Origin: an uncultured Planctomycetaceae bacterium | GTDB lineage: Bacteria > Planctomycetota > Planctomycetia > Planctomycetales > Planctomycetaceae | Assembly (NCBI GenBank): GCA_963813715.1 | Contig: CAWFAK010000008.1 | Span: 352,001 to 416,000 of the forward strand | Reading direction: 5' to 3' | DNA length: 64,000 nucleotides | In this document: positions 34,461-45,124 of the stretch, in pieces | Layout of the letters: every line of letters begins with the position of its first letter | Numbering within the stretch: the first letter of the stretch is position 1 | Notes under the pieces: generated by a model | What the model was told of the DNA's origin: nothing | The model's database searches: none | Seen by the model: the letters and a program-made list of their open reading frames with translations, nothing else | Program-made: the position numbers and the translations under genes

Positions 34461-35958
34461 CTAAGCCAACCGCTGGCCGGTGCCCGGTGGCGGGGCGTTG
34501 CGGTAGCTCAGGTCGAGCACGTCCATCGGGTGGGCCACCCAGATCGGTGACCCCGCCCGCCGCAGGGCTGCCTGGATCTGCAGCGAGCAGCCGGCGTTCC
34601 CCGTGATAACCACCTGCGGCTCGCAGGCGAGAATGTTCCGCAGCTTCCGTTGCGAAAGCCGCTCGGACATTTCGGGTTCCGTCAGGTTGTAGCTGCCGGC
34701 CGCCCCGCAGCAGACCTCCGACTCGGCCAGCGGGACCAGCTCCAACCCGGGGACGAGTGACAACAAACTGCGCGGCTGTTCGCGCACCCGTTGGGCATGG
34801 ACCAGGTGGCAGGCATCGTGATAGACGGCCCGCAGCCGAATCTCGCCCCGCGGCGGCACCGGCCCCAGCTCGGCCAGAAACTCGGACACGTCCCGCACCT
34901 TGGCGGCGAACTCGGCCAGCTTCGTTTCCTCAATTCGAGTGGTACTGGCGGCTTGCCCGCCAGTGGTCTTTCCGTCCGTCACTCCACCGCCCGACGTCCG
35001 AACCGCCTCCTCGGCGATGTGCCCATAATCCTTCAGCATCGAACCGCAGCCGGCGACATTGATGATCACGGCGTCCAGGCTGGCCACGTCGAAGGCGGCC
35101 GCATTCTGGGCAGCGAACTCTAGGGCCGGCCCGGCGGCCCCGTTGTGGTAATGGATGGCTCCGCAGCACTTCTGATTTTTGGGCACGATCACGTCGCAGC
35201 CATTGGCCTGCAGGACCCGCGCCGTCGCCCAATTGGTTTGCGGGAACATGGCTTGCGCCACGCAGCCGGAGAACAGTCCGACCCGAGCCCGCCGCCGCCC
35301 GATGGCCGGCAACAAGGTCGGCATGACCGGGGCCGACGGCTGCAGCCGGGGCAGTTGGTCGTACATCCGCCGCACGAAACCGGGCAACAGCCGGGGCAAG
35401 CCGCTGCGATCGACAATCCGATCCAGTCCCGACCGCTGCAGCCAACGAGCCGGAGCCAGCGCCGCCTTCATCCGACCGGGATAGGGGAACAGCCGGTACA
35501 TCAAAGTCCGTTCGATCCACCCGCTGCCGGCACTCGGCCTGGCCGACCCGGCTCCGCCGCTCGCCGACTTCTGCTCTTCCCGCCGCATGTCGACCCGGAA
35601 GGGCTCGATCAGCCGGCCATACTGCACGCCGGAAGGACAAGCCGTTTCACAGCTTCGGCAATCGAGGCAGAGATCGAGGTGCCGTTTGACGCTGTCGTTC
35701 AGCTCAAGCCGGCCGTCGGTCACCGCCCGCATTAAGTAGATGCGGCCGCGGGGACCGTCGTTCTCGTTTCCGGTCTCCAGGTAAGTCGGGCAAGCCGAGG
35801 TGCACAAGCCGCAATGAACGCAGTCCAAAAACCGCGCCGTAGTCGATGTCGCCACCAACCCGGTGCGGTGCGGCACCAGGGGGCATTGCCCCAGCCGGTG
35901 TTTCACCGGGAGAGGCGGTCGAGGCAGCGGATTTTTCGAGGGAAGGTGAGTCAGGCAT
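34461..35958 (-). CDS. glcF: GlcF-like glycolate oxidase iron-sulfur subunit (1 apparent frameshift ~35840)
   Basis: CVHCGLCTSACPTY, CLDCRSCETACPSGV, two CCG domains. N-terminus MPDSPSLEK...GDIDY lies in another frame. Confidence 0.85.
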
Positions 35959-36047
35959 TCCGAAGTTCGTTGGTTGGGTCTCGATTATAGTGCCGCCCCG
36001 CAAAGTTCGTCACGACGCCCGCCCACAATTCGCGAGTTACCGTCCCG

Positions 36048-36078
36048 GGGTGGCTGGGGTCGGGATCCTCGCCGCACC
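36048..36078 (+). repeat. REP-like element (GGGTGGCTGGGGTCGG family), right arm cut by the IS4 end
   Basis: The same 16-mer occurs at 53351. Confidence 0.5.
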
Positions 36079-36981
36079 CATACGCATCAAGTTAAGCAAT
36101 ATTCCAGCAAGTCAGGATTGAGTAAGAGCTGGATGACGCTCGCGAAGCGTCGGATGCCAATGATTGCTTTGACCAGGCTGCGGTCAGCGTGCTTCCAGAC
36201 GGTGGCGACTAACAGCCAGTGCTGAACCATCACGGCCAGCAAACGTGCGAACACCTCAGCCGCTTGGCGGACCGGCTGCTGACTGGTGACTTCGTCAACC
36301 AGGCCGTGCGACTTCCAGAGCTTCAACAGGAGTTCGATTTGCCAGCGTGCCCGATAGAGCACCACGGCTTCGCGCAGCGTCAATCGCTCCGGCTCCACAT
36401 TCGTCACGAAAACGGTCCATTGACACCAGTCCAGGCGATCACGACTGGGCGTTCGTCCCTTCCGGTAAGCGCCTCGATGCAACGATTGCCGTCGTCTCGC
36501 GATAACCTCCGGAGGAGCCGGAAAGGCGAAAAAGCGGCAGGGAAGGCGTTCTTGAGCTCCCAGCAGAATTGGAATTTCGATGGGGCCATTCGAGGCATGG
36601 GCTCCGCAACCACGAGTGCAGCGCCAGGGGGGTGACCCTCTGGCTGAAACACCGTTCCCGATTGGATGCGCGTAATCCAGTACGCGCCATCCCGGGCGAG
36701 CCCCGCCAGCGTGGGGATGCCGAAGTAGCCTAGATCGGCCAGTCGCAGAGACCCCGCCGGAAGCGAGTCTCGCTGCAGCGACGAGCCTTGATCGGGGCAG
36801 TTTCCCGGCTCCAATCGCGCTAGCACTCAGTTCCCCGTCGGCAAATTGAGTCGCTTTTGCACCTTGAGAGACGCGGAAAAACCGTTCCCCCCACAACCCG
36901 GCCAATGCGTCGCCAGGGCGGCCGGCAAGGCGATTGTCGAACTGTCTCGCAGATAGACACCGTTGAACCGCTTCAGCAAGT
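36079..36981 (-). pseudogene. IS4-family transposase remnant, 5'-truncated and multiply frameshifted
   Basis: LLKRFNGVYLRDSSTIALP, LKVQKRLNL, LRLADLGYF and YRARWQIELLLKLWKS in different frames; end-like sequence CATACGCATCAAGTTAA at 36079. Confidence 0.85.
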
Positions 36982-37434
36982 CGCGGCGGAACACGCGTGT
37001 CGCGCCGCTCTACGCGAATCGCGTTCCGATTTCGCGGATTTTGACGAGCCGGCCGCATCGGCGTCGCGCGCGGACAGAAAGTTCCGTCCGTTGCGACCGT
37101 CACAGCTTTCCAAAAATTCGACGCCCCATGCGCTTGCGCGTTCGCTCGTTGGCAAACGCTGAGGGTTGTGCTGCCGGTGCCCGGCGAAGGGCAAATGAGT
37201 TCCGCCCGGTCCCCGATTTTGACGCAAGATTCCTAGATCACGTGTCCTATGCTTGGCAGGATGGGGGTTCGCGAGAATCGTTTCGAATTGGCCCCGATTT
37301 TCACGCCCGCAATTCCTTTGCATTTGGCTACGGGCGTGCTGAGAATGGAGAACGATCTGCTCATGACGGCAGATGGGATTGGGGCAGTGAGTCCGTCATA
37401 AAATTTTGCGCAGCAGATTCTGGAGAATGCATTC

Positions 37435-38849
37435 ATGAGAAGCATCGGGGTTTTTGCACTGCTGGCCGTCGCGCTTTGTGCCGCAAATAGCGCGCAAGCC
37501 AGTTACTACTGCGGAGCCTGCAGCTACAGCTGTTGTCCGCCCGTCTGTTGTCAGCCGACGGCGTGTTACACCTCTTGCAAGGTCGAGCGGCAGACCTGCT
37601 ACCAAACGGTGTACGACTCGGTCTGCGAACCGCAGCAGTACACGGTGAACCGGATCGAGTACGAGACGGTGCTCGACCGTCATCAGGAGACGTGTTATCG
37701 CACCGTGATGGAGACTCGCTATCGCGACGACCATTACACGGTCTGCAAGCCGATCTGCGAGACGGCCTGCCGCGAAGAGCGCTACACGGTGCAGAAGCCG
37801 GTCGTGGAGACCTCGTATCGCGAGTGTCACTACACGGTACAGAAGCCGGTGTGGACGACTGAAGAGCGCGAATGTCGGCGGCTCGTCTATAAGCCGGTGG
37901 TCGAAACGGTCGAGCAGCAAGTGCAACGCTGCGTGATGGACCGCGTCGTCGAGACGGTCAACACCGAGCGCTGCTGCACGGTGATGCGTCCGGTGACGAC
38001 CTACAACACCGTTCAGCGCGATTGCGGCACCTGGCAAACCGTGACCGACTATCATCCCGGTCCGGTCGTGCTCCGCACGTATTGCGATCCGTGTTGCGGT
38101 CCGCGGACCTGCCCCGTGCAGTGCCCGGGCTTCACCACGTGCCGCCGCGTCTGGTGCCCGCGCGTCGTCTGTGAACAAGTCCCGTGCACGAGCTACCGCT
38201 GTGAAGTCGTGCGGCAGCAAGTTCCGGTGCAAGTCTGCCGGATGGTGCCGCGGACGATTTGCGAAAAAATTCCGGTGCAGGTGTGCCGCACCGTCTGCCA
38301 GGAAGTCGTCGAGAAGTACCCGGTGCAGCGCTGCAACTACGTCTGCGAGCAGATGACGCAGCGGATCCCGGTGCAGACTTGCCGCATGGTGTGCGAAGAG
38401 CACACCCGCCAGGTGCCGGTGACGACGTATCGCATGGTGCAAGAACCCCGCACGTGCCGCGTGGCTTACTGCGTTCCGACGCAGGTGCCCTACACGGTCG
38501 AGCGGTGTGTCCCGCGCTGCGTGTGCAAGAACGGTGCCGGTGACCTGCACGCGGTTGGTGTCCAAGTGCGTGCCGCGACAAGTTGCCTACGAGGTGTGCC
38601 GGATGGTCCCTGTGACCGTCTGTGCTCAGCCGGACTGCCCGTCGTGCGCGGTGGGCGGTTGCACGACCTGCGGCGCAACGGCGCCGGCCGGTCCGCTCAA
38701 GCCGCAGGCCGAGGTCGCCTCAGCCGCAGGACACGCGGAAGCCGCCGATGCAGGTGATTCCTCCGGTCAGCCCGCCGGCCGCTCACGAGCCGGGAGTGAA
38801 CGAGGGTTCGCCCGCGAGCCAGCCGTCGACGACCGGCCCGAAGGTTTGA
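37435..38849 (+). CDS. Secreted Cys/Val/Pro/Thr-rich YTV-repeat protein (2 apparent frameshifts ~38530, ~38720)
   Basis: Signal peptide; repeats YTVQKPVVET, YTVCKPICET, VPVQVCRMV; pieces 37435..38757, 38507..38887, 38622..38849. Confidence 0.85.
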
Positions 38850-38904
38850 TTGCCTTGCCCGTGTTCGTCATGGGAACACGGTTTTAATCTGACTCCGAAT
38901 CTGC

Positions 38905-38938
38905 AAAAGACGCGTCCGGTTTTCCGGCGCGTTTTTTT
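38905..38938 (+). terminator. Intrinsic terminator of the YTV gene
   Basis: ACGCGTCCGG-TTTT-CCGGCGCGT stem with one bulge, followed by a T run. Confidence 0.75.
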
Positions 38939-39015
38939 CGGTTTGCGACAGGAGAGATGGTCGCACGGATATCTATCGATTCGACGCGACCGCGGGCTGC
39001 GACTAACATGGTCGC

Positions 39016-40407
39016 ATGATTGCTCGATTCGCGCATTTCGTTCGCCTGGCCCTCGCGCTCTCGCTTGTTGCCGGCTGCTTGACGCCGGTCCTCGCTGCGA
39101 ATGATCCCCCTGTCGCGGCGCGGCGGCCGAACATCCTCTTCCTGCTCACGGACGATCAGCGGGCCGACACGATTCATGCGCTCGGCAATCCGGTGATTCA
39201 AACGCCGACGCTCGATCGGCTGGCCCGGTCGGGGCTCGTCTTTCGCAACTGTTACTGCATGGGCAGCGACATGCCGGCCGTCTGCTTCCCCAGCCGGTCG
39301 ATGCTGTTAAGCGGCCGCTCGCTGTTTCACTTGAAGCACAAACAGGGCGGTTACGGCGTCCACTACGCCGTCAACTTTCCCAAGACGCTCCGCGAGGCCG
39401 GCTACGAAACGTATCACTACGGCAAACGCCAGAACGGTCCGACCGGCATCTATAAAGACTTCGAGCACGAGAAGTACCTCGTGAACGACGATGCCGAACG
39501 CCTCTCCGGGCGGCCCGGCCAGGAAATCGCTGACGCCGCGGTGACGTTTCTCGAGACGAGAAAACGCGAGCGGCCGTTCTTCATGTACCTGGCCTTCGCC
39601 AATCCGCACGATCCGCGGGTCGTCATTCCCGAATATCGCCGCCGCTACGACGAGGCGGCCATGCCGCTGCCGGCCAACTACCTCCCCTTGCATCCGTTCG
39701 ACAATGGCTGGCTCACCGGACGCGACGAACGGCTGGCCCCCTGGCCCCGCACGCCGGCCGAGGTCAAAAAGCACATCACCGATTATTACGGGGTGATCAC
39801 CTACCTCGACGAGCAGATCGGCCGCATCCTCGAGGCGCTGCGGCGTTCGGGCGATTACGACCACACGATCATTCTCTTCTCGTCGGATCACGGCCTGGCG
39901 CTCGGCAGCCACGGGCTGATGGGCAAGCAGAGCGTGTACGAAGTCGCCCTCAAGCCGCCGCTCTTCGTGGCCGGCCCGGGCATCCGCCGCGGCGAGACCG
40001 ACGCCTTCGTCTACCTGCAGGACATCTTCCCTACTGTCTGCGACCTGGTCGGCATCAAAACGCCCGCCGGCCTCGATGCGACAAGCTTCGCCGACGTCCT
40101 TTCGGGCAAAAGCGACACGGCTCGCGACGCGATCTTTCTGGCCTTCATGGGGTGTCAACGTGCGCTCCGCGTCGGCGATTGGAAGCTGATTCGCTATCCC
40201 GAGATCAACAAGAGCCAGCTCTGCAACCTGCACGACGACCCGGACGAAATCCACGACGTCTCCGCGCAACACCCGGACAAGGAACGCGAATTGATGACAC
40301 TCCTGGCCCGGCGGCAGGCAGCCAACGGCGACACGCTGCCCTTATCGTCACCGCACCCCCGCGACCCGGCCGTCTCGGCAGACACTCTCCGCCACCGACC
40401 GGAGTGA
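39016..40407 (+). CDS. Secreted formylglycine-dependent sulfatase
   Basis: RPNILFLLTDDQR, CFPSRSMLLSG (CxPSR), SSDHG, GKQSVYE. Confidence 0.93.
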   Translation: MIARFAHFVRLALALSLVAGCLTPVLAANDPPVAARRPNILFLLTDDQRADTIHALGNPVIQTPTLDRLARSGLVFRNCYCMGSDMPAVCFPSRSMLLSGRSLFHLKHKQGGYGVHYAVNFPKTLREAGYETYHYGKRQNGPTGIYKDFEHEKYLVNDDAERLSGRPGQEIADAAVTFLETRKRERPFFMYLAFANPHDPRVVIPEYRRRYDEAAMPLPANYLPLHPFDNGWLTGRDERLAPWPRTPAEVKKHITDYYGVITYLDEQIGRILEALRRSGDYDHTIILFSSDHGLALGSHGLMGKQSVYEVALKPPLFVAGPGIRRGETDAFVYLQDIFPTVCDLVGIKTPAGLDATSFADVLSGKSDTARDAIFLAFMGCQRALRVGDWKLIRYPEINKSQLCNLHDDPDEIHDVSAQHPDKERELMTLLARRQAANGDTLPLSSPHPRDPAVSADTLRHRPE

Positions 40408-40507
40408 ATGACTCGCGCAGTGAAAGGCTCGCCCCGTGAAAGGCTCGCACAGTGAATTGTCCCCCAGCGCGTCGCATTTCGGCGGCCGGCCCCCGGTGAA
40501 GCGGCGG

Positions 40508-40858
40508 TTGCTCAAGTACGAGCGGATGAACCAGCCGCTCTTGAATCGGCGCGACTTCGCCCGCCGGCTGATCGCCAATGCCGGCTTTTCGATCGCGCTG
40601 ATTGTCGTGTCGCTGCTGGCGGGGATGGCCGGCTACCACTACCTCGAGGGGCAAAACTGGGTCGACGCCTTCGCCAACGCGGCGATGATCCTCTCGGGCA
40701 TGGGACCGCTCGGTACGCTCAACACAACCAGCGGGAAGATCTTCGCCGGGTGCTACGCCCTCTACAGCGGCCTGGCCCTGATCCTGGCCATCGGCGTGGT
40801 GATCGCCCCAATCGTCCACCGCTTCCTGCATCGCTTCCACATGGAGGCCGATTCGTAG
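40508..40858 (+). CDS. Small 2-TM protein with pore-loop-like segment (start uncertain)
   Basis: TM - WVDAFANAAMILSGMGP - TM, similar to the 2TM ion-channel layout. Confidence 0.65.
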   Translation: MLKYERMNQPLLNRRDFARRLIANAGFSIALIVVSLLAGMAGYHYLEGQNWVDAFANAAMILSGMGPLGTLNTTSGKIFAGCYALYSGLALILAIGVVIAPIVHRFLHRFHMEADS

Positions 40859-40952
40859 GGAAGTCCTGCTTGGGCGATGCCGGGACGATTTGCTATAGTC
40901 TCCCCTGCTGTTGAGGCACCAAAATTCACGCAACGGATCAGTCGAGGAACCC

Positions 40953-41075
40953 ATGGGCGCCAATCGTTCGGGCGAACGCCGAAAACTCCGCATGAAGCGC
41001 AGCAAACGCAACCTGGTCACTCAGGAAAAGGCCGACGCGGCCGCGCCGAAAAAATCGAAGAAGAAAAAGGCCTGA
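40953..41075 (+). CDS. 40-aa highly basic small protein (not in ORF track)
   Basis: MGANRSGERRKLRMKRSKRNLVTQEKADAAAPKKSKKKKA; GAGGA just upstream; extended -10 TGcTATAGT at 40891-99. Confidence 0.65.
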   Translation: MGANRSGERRKLRMKRSKRNLVTQEKADAAAPKKSKKKKA

Positions 41076-41107
41076 CACCTCGGCCGCGCCCGTCGAGATT
41101 TGACGGA

Positions 41108-42639
41108 TCAGTCGCGCTTCGGTCCCGGCTGCGCCGCACTCGAAGTGCTCGCAACACCGGCATTCGCACCGGTGACGCGGGCGACCAGCTCGCGGCGGAG
41201 CACTTTGCCCAGGGTGTTCTTCGGCAGGGCGTCGACGAATAACAGCGTCCGTGGCCGCTGGTAGACAACGAGCCGGTCGCTGCACCAGGCGTGCAGCCGG
41301 GCTTCGTCCAGCGTGAGATCGCTCCGCACGATGGCGACGGCCACGCGCTCGCCCCGCTCGGCATCGGGCACGCCGAAGGCCGCGCACTCCTTCACGCCCG
41401 GGCATTCGCCCAGCACTCGCTCGACGACCTGCGGATAAACGTTGTAGCCGTTGGTGATGATCAGGTCCTTCTTGCGGCCGGCCAGCGTGAGGAAGCCGCG
41501 CTCGTCGAGCGAGCCCAGATCGTCCGTGTCGAACCAGCCGTCGCGAAAGGCGGCCCGCGTCTCCTCGGGTTTGTGCCAGTATTCGCGAAACAAGTTCGGG
41601 CTGCGGATGAGCACGCTGCCCACTTCGCCCGGTTCGACGGGCGAGCCGTCGCTGCGGACGACTTTCCGCTTCATCTCCGGCAGCGGCAGCCCGACCGATC
41701 CGCTCGGCCACGGTCCGGCCAGCGGCAGGCTGGTGATCACGTACGACTCGCTCATGCCGTAACGATTGATGACCGGGTGCCGCAAAATCTCTTCCAGCTC
41801 GGGGAGCACTTCCGGGCGAATCGGTGCCGAGCCACAGGTGAAGAGCCGGGTGCGACTCCACGAAGCGGCGGCGGTGCGAAATTCGGCCGACTCGAGCAGG
41901 CGGTAATAGATCGCCGGCACAGCCATGAAGACCGTCGACTCGCCGATCGCCGCGAGGGTCCGGCCGACGTCGAACGATTCTTCGATGCGAATGCAGCCGC
42001 CGGCGAGCCACGTCAGATGCGTGGCGAACTCCAAGCCATGAATGTGATAAAGCGGCAGCACGTTCAGCACGACGTCGTCGGCCGACAACTGCCAGTACGC
42101 TCGTAAAGCCCGCAAGCTGCCGGCCGCGCCGGCGTGCGAGTGGACCACGCCCTTCGGCCAACCCGTCGTGCCCGAACTGTAGAGGATCATCCGCGGGGCG
42201 TCGGCGGTGACGTTCGGCTCGTGGAACGGGCCGGGGGTGCTGTCGTCGACGTCGGCTTGCACAATGGGCGGCCGCGGCAGCTCGGGCGCGAGCGCGGTGA
42301 CGAGCGGCAGCTCCTCGGCCCCGGCGATCACCATCCGAGCTTCGCTGTCGCTCAAAAAGTACCGCATCTCTTCCCGCGTGAACCGCGGATTGAGCGGCAA
42401 CGGACAAGCCCCGGCATAGAGCACACCCAACTGGGCCAACAGAAACGGAATTTTGTTCCCCGTGTAGAGGGCCACGCGGTCCCCCGGCTCGACCCCGCGC
42501 CTGCAGCCGGCCAGCCCAGCGACGAGCCTCAGCATCGAGCTGGCCGTACGTGAAGACGCGTCCCTCGTGCGCCAGGGCCGGTCGCGCACGGCTGACTTTC
42601 GAATACGCTTCGCAGCTCGTGCAAGAAGTGCCTGGTCAC
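41108..42639 (-). CDS. Acyl-CoA synthetase (MatB/malonyl-CoA synthetase-like), N-terminal frameshifts
   Basis: YSSGTTGWPKG, RYGMSE, GRKKDLII, LPKNTLGK. N-terminus rebuilt from GTG 42639 (MTRHFLHELR...TYGQLDAEARRWAGRL). Confidence 0.88.
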
Positions 42640-42780
42640 ATCGCGAGTTTACCCAAACCACGCCCGCCGCACGATCCGGCGAGCGACGTGTGGCAGCCCG
42701 CCGACTCTCGCAACGAATTCGCCTGACGCCGCGCTGTGGAAATGCTCGGGAATCGCGCGAGCCGTCGCTAGAATAAGGGC

Positions 42781-43086
42781 ATGTGGACGCCAATGCCCGA
42801 CGCATTGCCTTATTTGACCCTGCGCGAAAGACTCCTGATCGATTGCTGCTGGTTGTGCGGCGCGTGTCTTTGGGTCTGGTTCCGCCCACGTGCCAAACGC
42901 TTCGTCAACGTGCCCCCGTGTGATGACACGAGGGAACCCACGAGCCGGCCGGGAGATTGGCTCTGGCTGCGGTTGTGGGTCATCTGGCCGGATTTCTTCG
43001 GGCGGGCCATGCTCGTGCTGCTTCTCACCGTTGCGGTCGTCAGCTGGGTGAGCGACTTGATTCAGTACATACCCGTCGCCCTTTGA
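42781..43086 (+). CDS. Hypothetical small membrane protein
   Basis: Two hydrophobic segments; TAGAAT 6 nt before the ATG. Confidence 0.5.
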   Translation: MWTPMPDALPYLTLRERLLIDCCWLCGACLWVWFRPRAKRFVNVPPCDDTREPTSRPGDWLWLRLWVIWPDFFGRAMLVLLLTVAVVSWVSDLIQYIPVAL

Positions 43087-43182
43087 CCTCCCGGCTCGAT
43101 GGCGAACTTTGCTTCACGATACGAGCCCCAGTACCTACTCGCCTCCGTGCAACGCGCTTCCCGTTCCCGTTACAATCGCGGC

Positions 43183-43275
43183 ATGTCGGACCCTCTCAGA
43201 ATCCTCGCGACGTTCTTGCTGCTCGTGATCGGGGGCTATCTCGTCCGCGCCACCTACCGCCGCTGGAACGATTGA
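43183..43275 (+). CDS. 30-aa single-TM small protein (not in ORF track)
   Basis: MSDPLRILATFLLLVIGGYLVRATYRRWND; TACAAT 6 nt before the ATG. Confidence 0.55.
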   Translation: MSDPLRILATFLLLVIGGYLVRATYRRWND

Positions 43276-43330
43276 TTCCAACTTTCTGACCTAAACCCGC
43301 GACTTCTCCCGTGAGTTAGGATCCCCGCGC

Positions 43331-44954
43331 TTGGAGCCTTCCGCGAACAACGAACCGAATAAGGCACCGAGCAACGAACGCACCGTGCTGGCGGTCGACC
43401 TGGGCAGCGGCGGGCCGAAAGTGTCCGTCGTTTCCGAGCGGGGCGAGATTCTCGCGCATGCCCGCGGCTCCGTCTCGACGATTTTCGTCGAGGGGGGCGG
43501 GGCCGAGCAGGATCCGCATGCGTGGTGGCGGGCCGTCGATCAGGCAGTGACGGCCGTCCTCTCGCAAGCCGCGCGTCGATCGCAGCCGGATCGTGGCCGT
43601 CTCCTGCACGGGGCAATGGTCGGTGACCGCGCCGGTCGACGCGGGCGGGCAGCCGCTGATGAACGCCGTCCACTGGATGGACTCGCGCGGCGCACCCGAC
43701 ACGCAAAAACTCACCGACGGCCTGATCAAGATCGACGGCTACGGGCTCGGGCGGTTGCTGCGTTGGATCCGGATCACGGGGGCCGTGCCGACGCACGCCG
43801 GGGCCGATTCGCTGGCGCACATTTTGTTTCTCAAGCGGGCCCGCCCGGACGTCTACGCGCGGACGCACAAGCTGCTCGAGCCGATGGATTACCTCAACCT
43901 GCGGCTGACCGGGCGGTTTTCGGCCTCGTACGCGACGATCTTTCCCTACATGCTCACCGACAACCGCGACGTCAACCACGTGCACTATCACGACGGGCTG
44001 TTGCAGCTCGCCGGAGTCGATCGCGAGAAGCTGCCCGACCTGGTGCCGGTGGACGCGGTGCTGGGGCCGCTCTTACCCGAGATCGCCGCGGCCTGGCAGC
44101 TCTCGCCGACGACGCAGGTGGTGTGCGGCACGACGGACAATCAGACGGCGGCGCTCGGAGCCGGTTCGATCGACGACGCCGTCGGCTACATCTCCGTCGG
44201 CACGACCTCCTGGCTGAGTTGCCACATCCCGTTCAAGAAAGCCAACCTGCTGCGGGCTATCGCCACGATGCCGTCGGCCATTCCGGGGCGGAACATCGTC
44301 GTCGCCGAACAGGGGGCGGCCGGCCGCTGTCTCGAAGCCGTGGTCGAACGGCTGCTCTGCCCCGAACACAACTATTCGCTCGACGCCGAGCGGAGCGCGG
44401 TCTACGCCAAAGTGTTCGAGGAAGCGGCGACCGTGCCGCCCGGCTGCGAGGGTTTGTTGTTTCTGCCGTGGCTCAACGGCTCGGGCCCGCCGGCGGCTGA
44501 CGGCCATGTCCGTGGCGGATTTATCAATCAGACGCTGCGAACGGGGCGTCCCGAGGCGGTGCGGGCCGTGCTGGAGGGGATTGCATTCAACTTGGGCTGG
44601 CTCTTGCCGCACGTGGAAAAATTCGTCGGCCGGCGGTTCGAGTCGCTGCGGCTGGTGGGCGGTGCGGCCGAGTCGGACCTTTGGTGCCAGATCTTCGCCG
44701 ACATCCTGGAGCGGCCCATTCAGCGAATCGCGTCGCCCCGGCTGGCAACGGTTCGCGGGGCGGCGCTGCACGCGCTGATGTCGCTGGGAATCCGTCGGCG
44801 GGACGAGATTTCGGCCCTGGTGCCGATCGCCGGCGTCTTCGAGCCCGACCCGCGCAATCGAAAAACGTACCGGGAGCTTTCGTCGGCGTTTGTGAAATGT
44901 TACAAGCGCACGCGGGGGTTGTTTGGCCTGCTGAACGGCACCTCGCATCAATGA
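43331..44954 (+). CDS. FGGY-family carbohydrate kinase (xylulokinase-like), 1 apparent frameshift ~43585
   Basis: LAVDLGSGGPK, AEQDPHAWW, WMDSRG, DNQTAALG, SVGTTSW, RAVLEG, VGGAA. Confidence 0.9.
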
Positions 44955-44956
44955 CG

Positions 44957-45087
44957 GCGAGCGGCGGGTGTCAGCCCGCCGGTTCTACGGCCCGTATCCA
45001 CGTCGCTCTTCATCAGCACGACAGCAAGAGAAAGCAAAAAAAAAGACAAAAGACCGAAGAACCCGGAGGCTGACACCTCCGGCTCGC
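44957..45087. repeat. Inverted REP-like doublet
   Basis: GCGAGCGGCGGGTGTCAGCCCGCCGGTTCT (44957-86) and an inverted copy at 45058-87; each arm is itself palindromic. Confidence 0.8.
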
Positions 45088-45124
45088 CAAGAAAATAAAA
45101 CGCTCACACGATACGAGGATCGCC

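Noticed and set aside
37185..37275. GGGCAAA...GACGCAA resembling a c-di-GMP-I riboswitch upstream of the YTV gene
   Set aside because: No GNRA-capped stem between the motifs and no convincing second stem; only an Infernal hit would rescue it.
37600..38600. Repetitive DNA as a possible CRISPR array
   Set aside because: Degenerate in-frame coding repeats of the YTV protein; no identical repeats with unique spacers and no cas genes.
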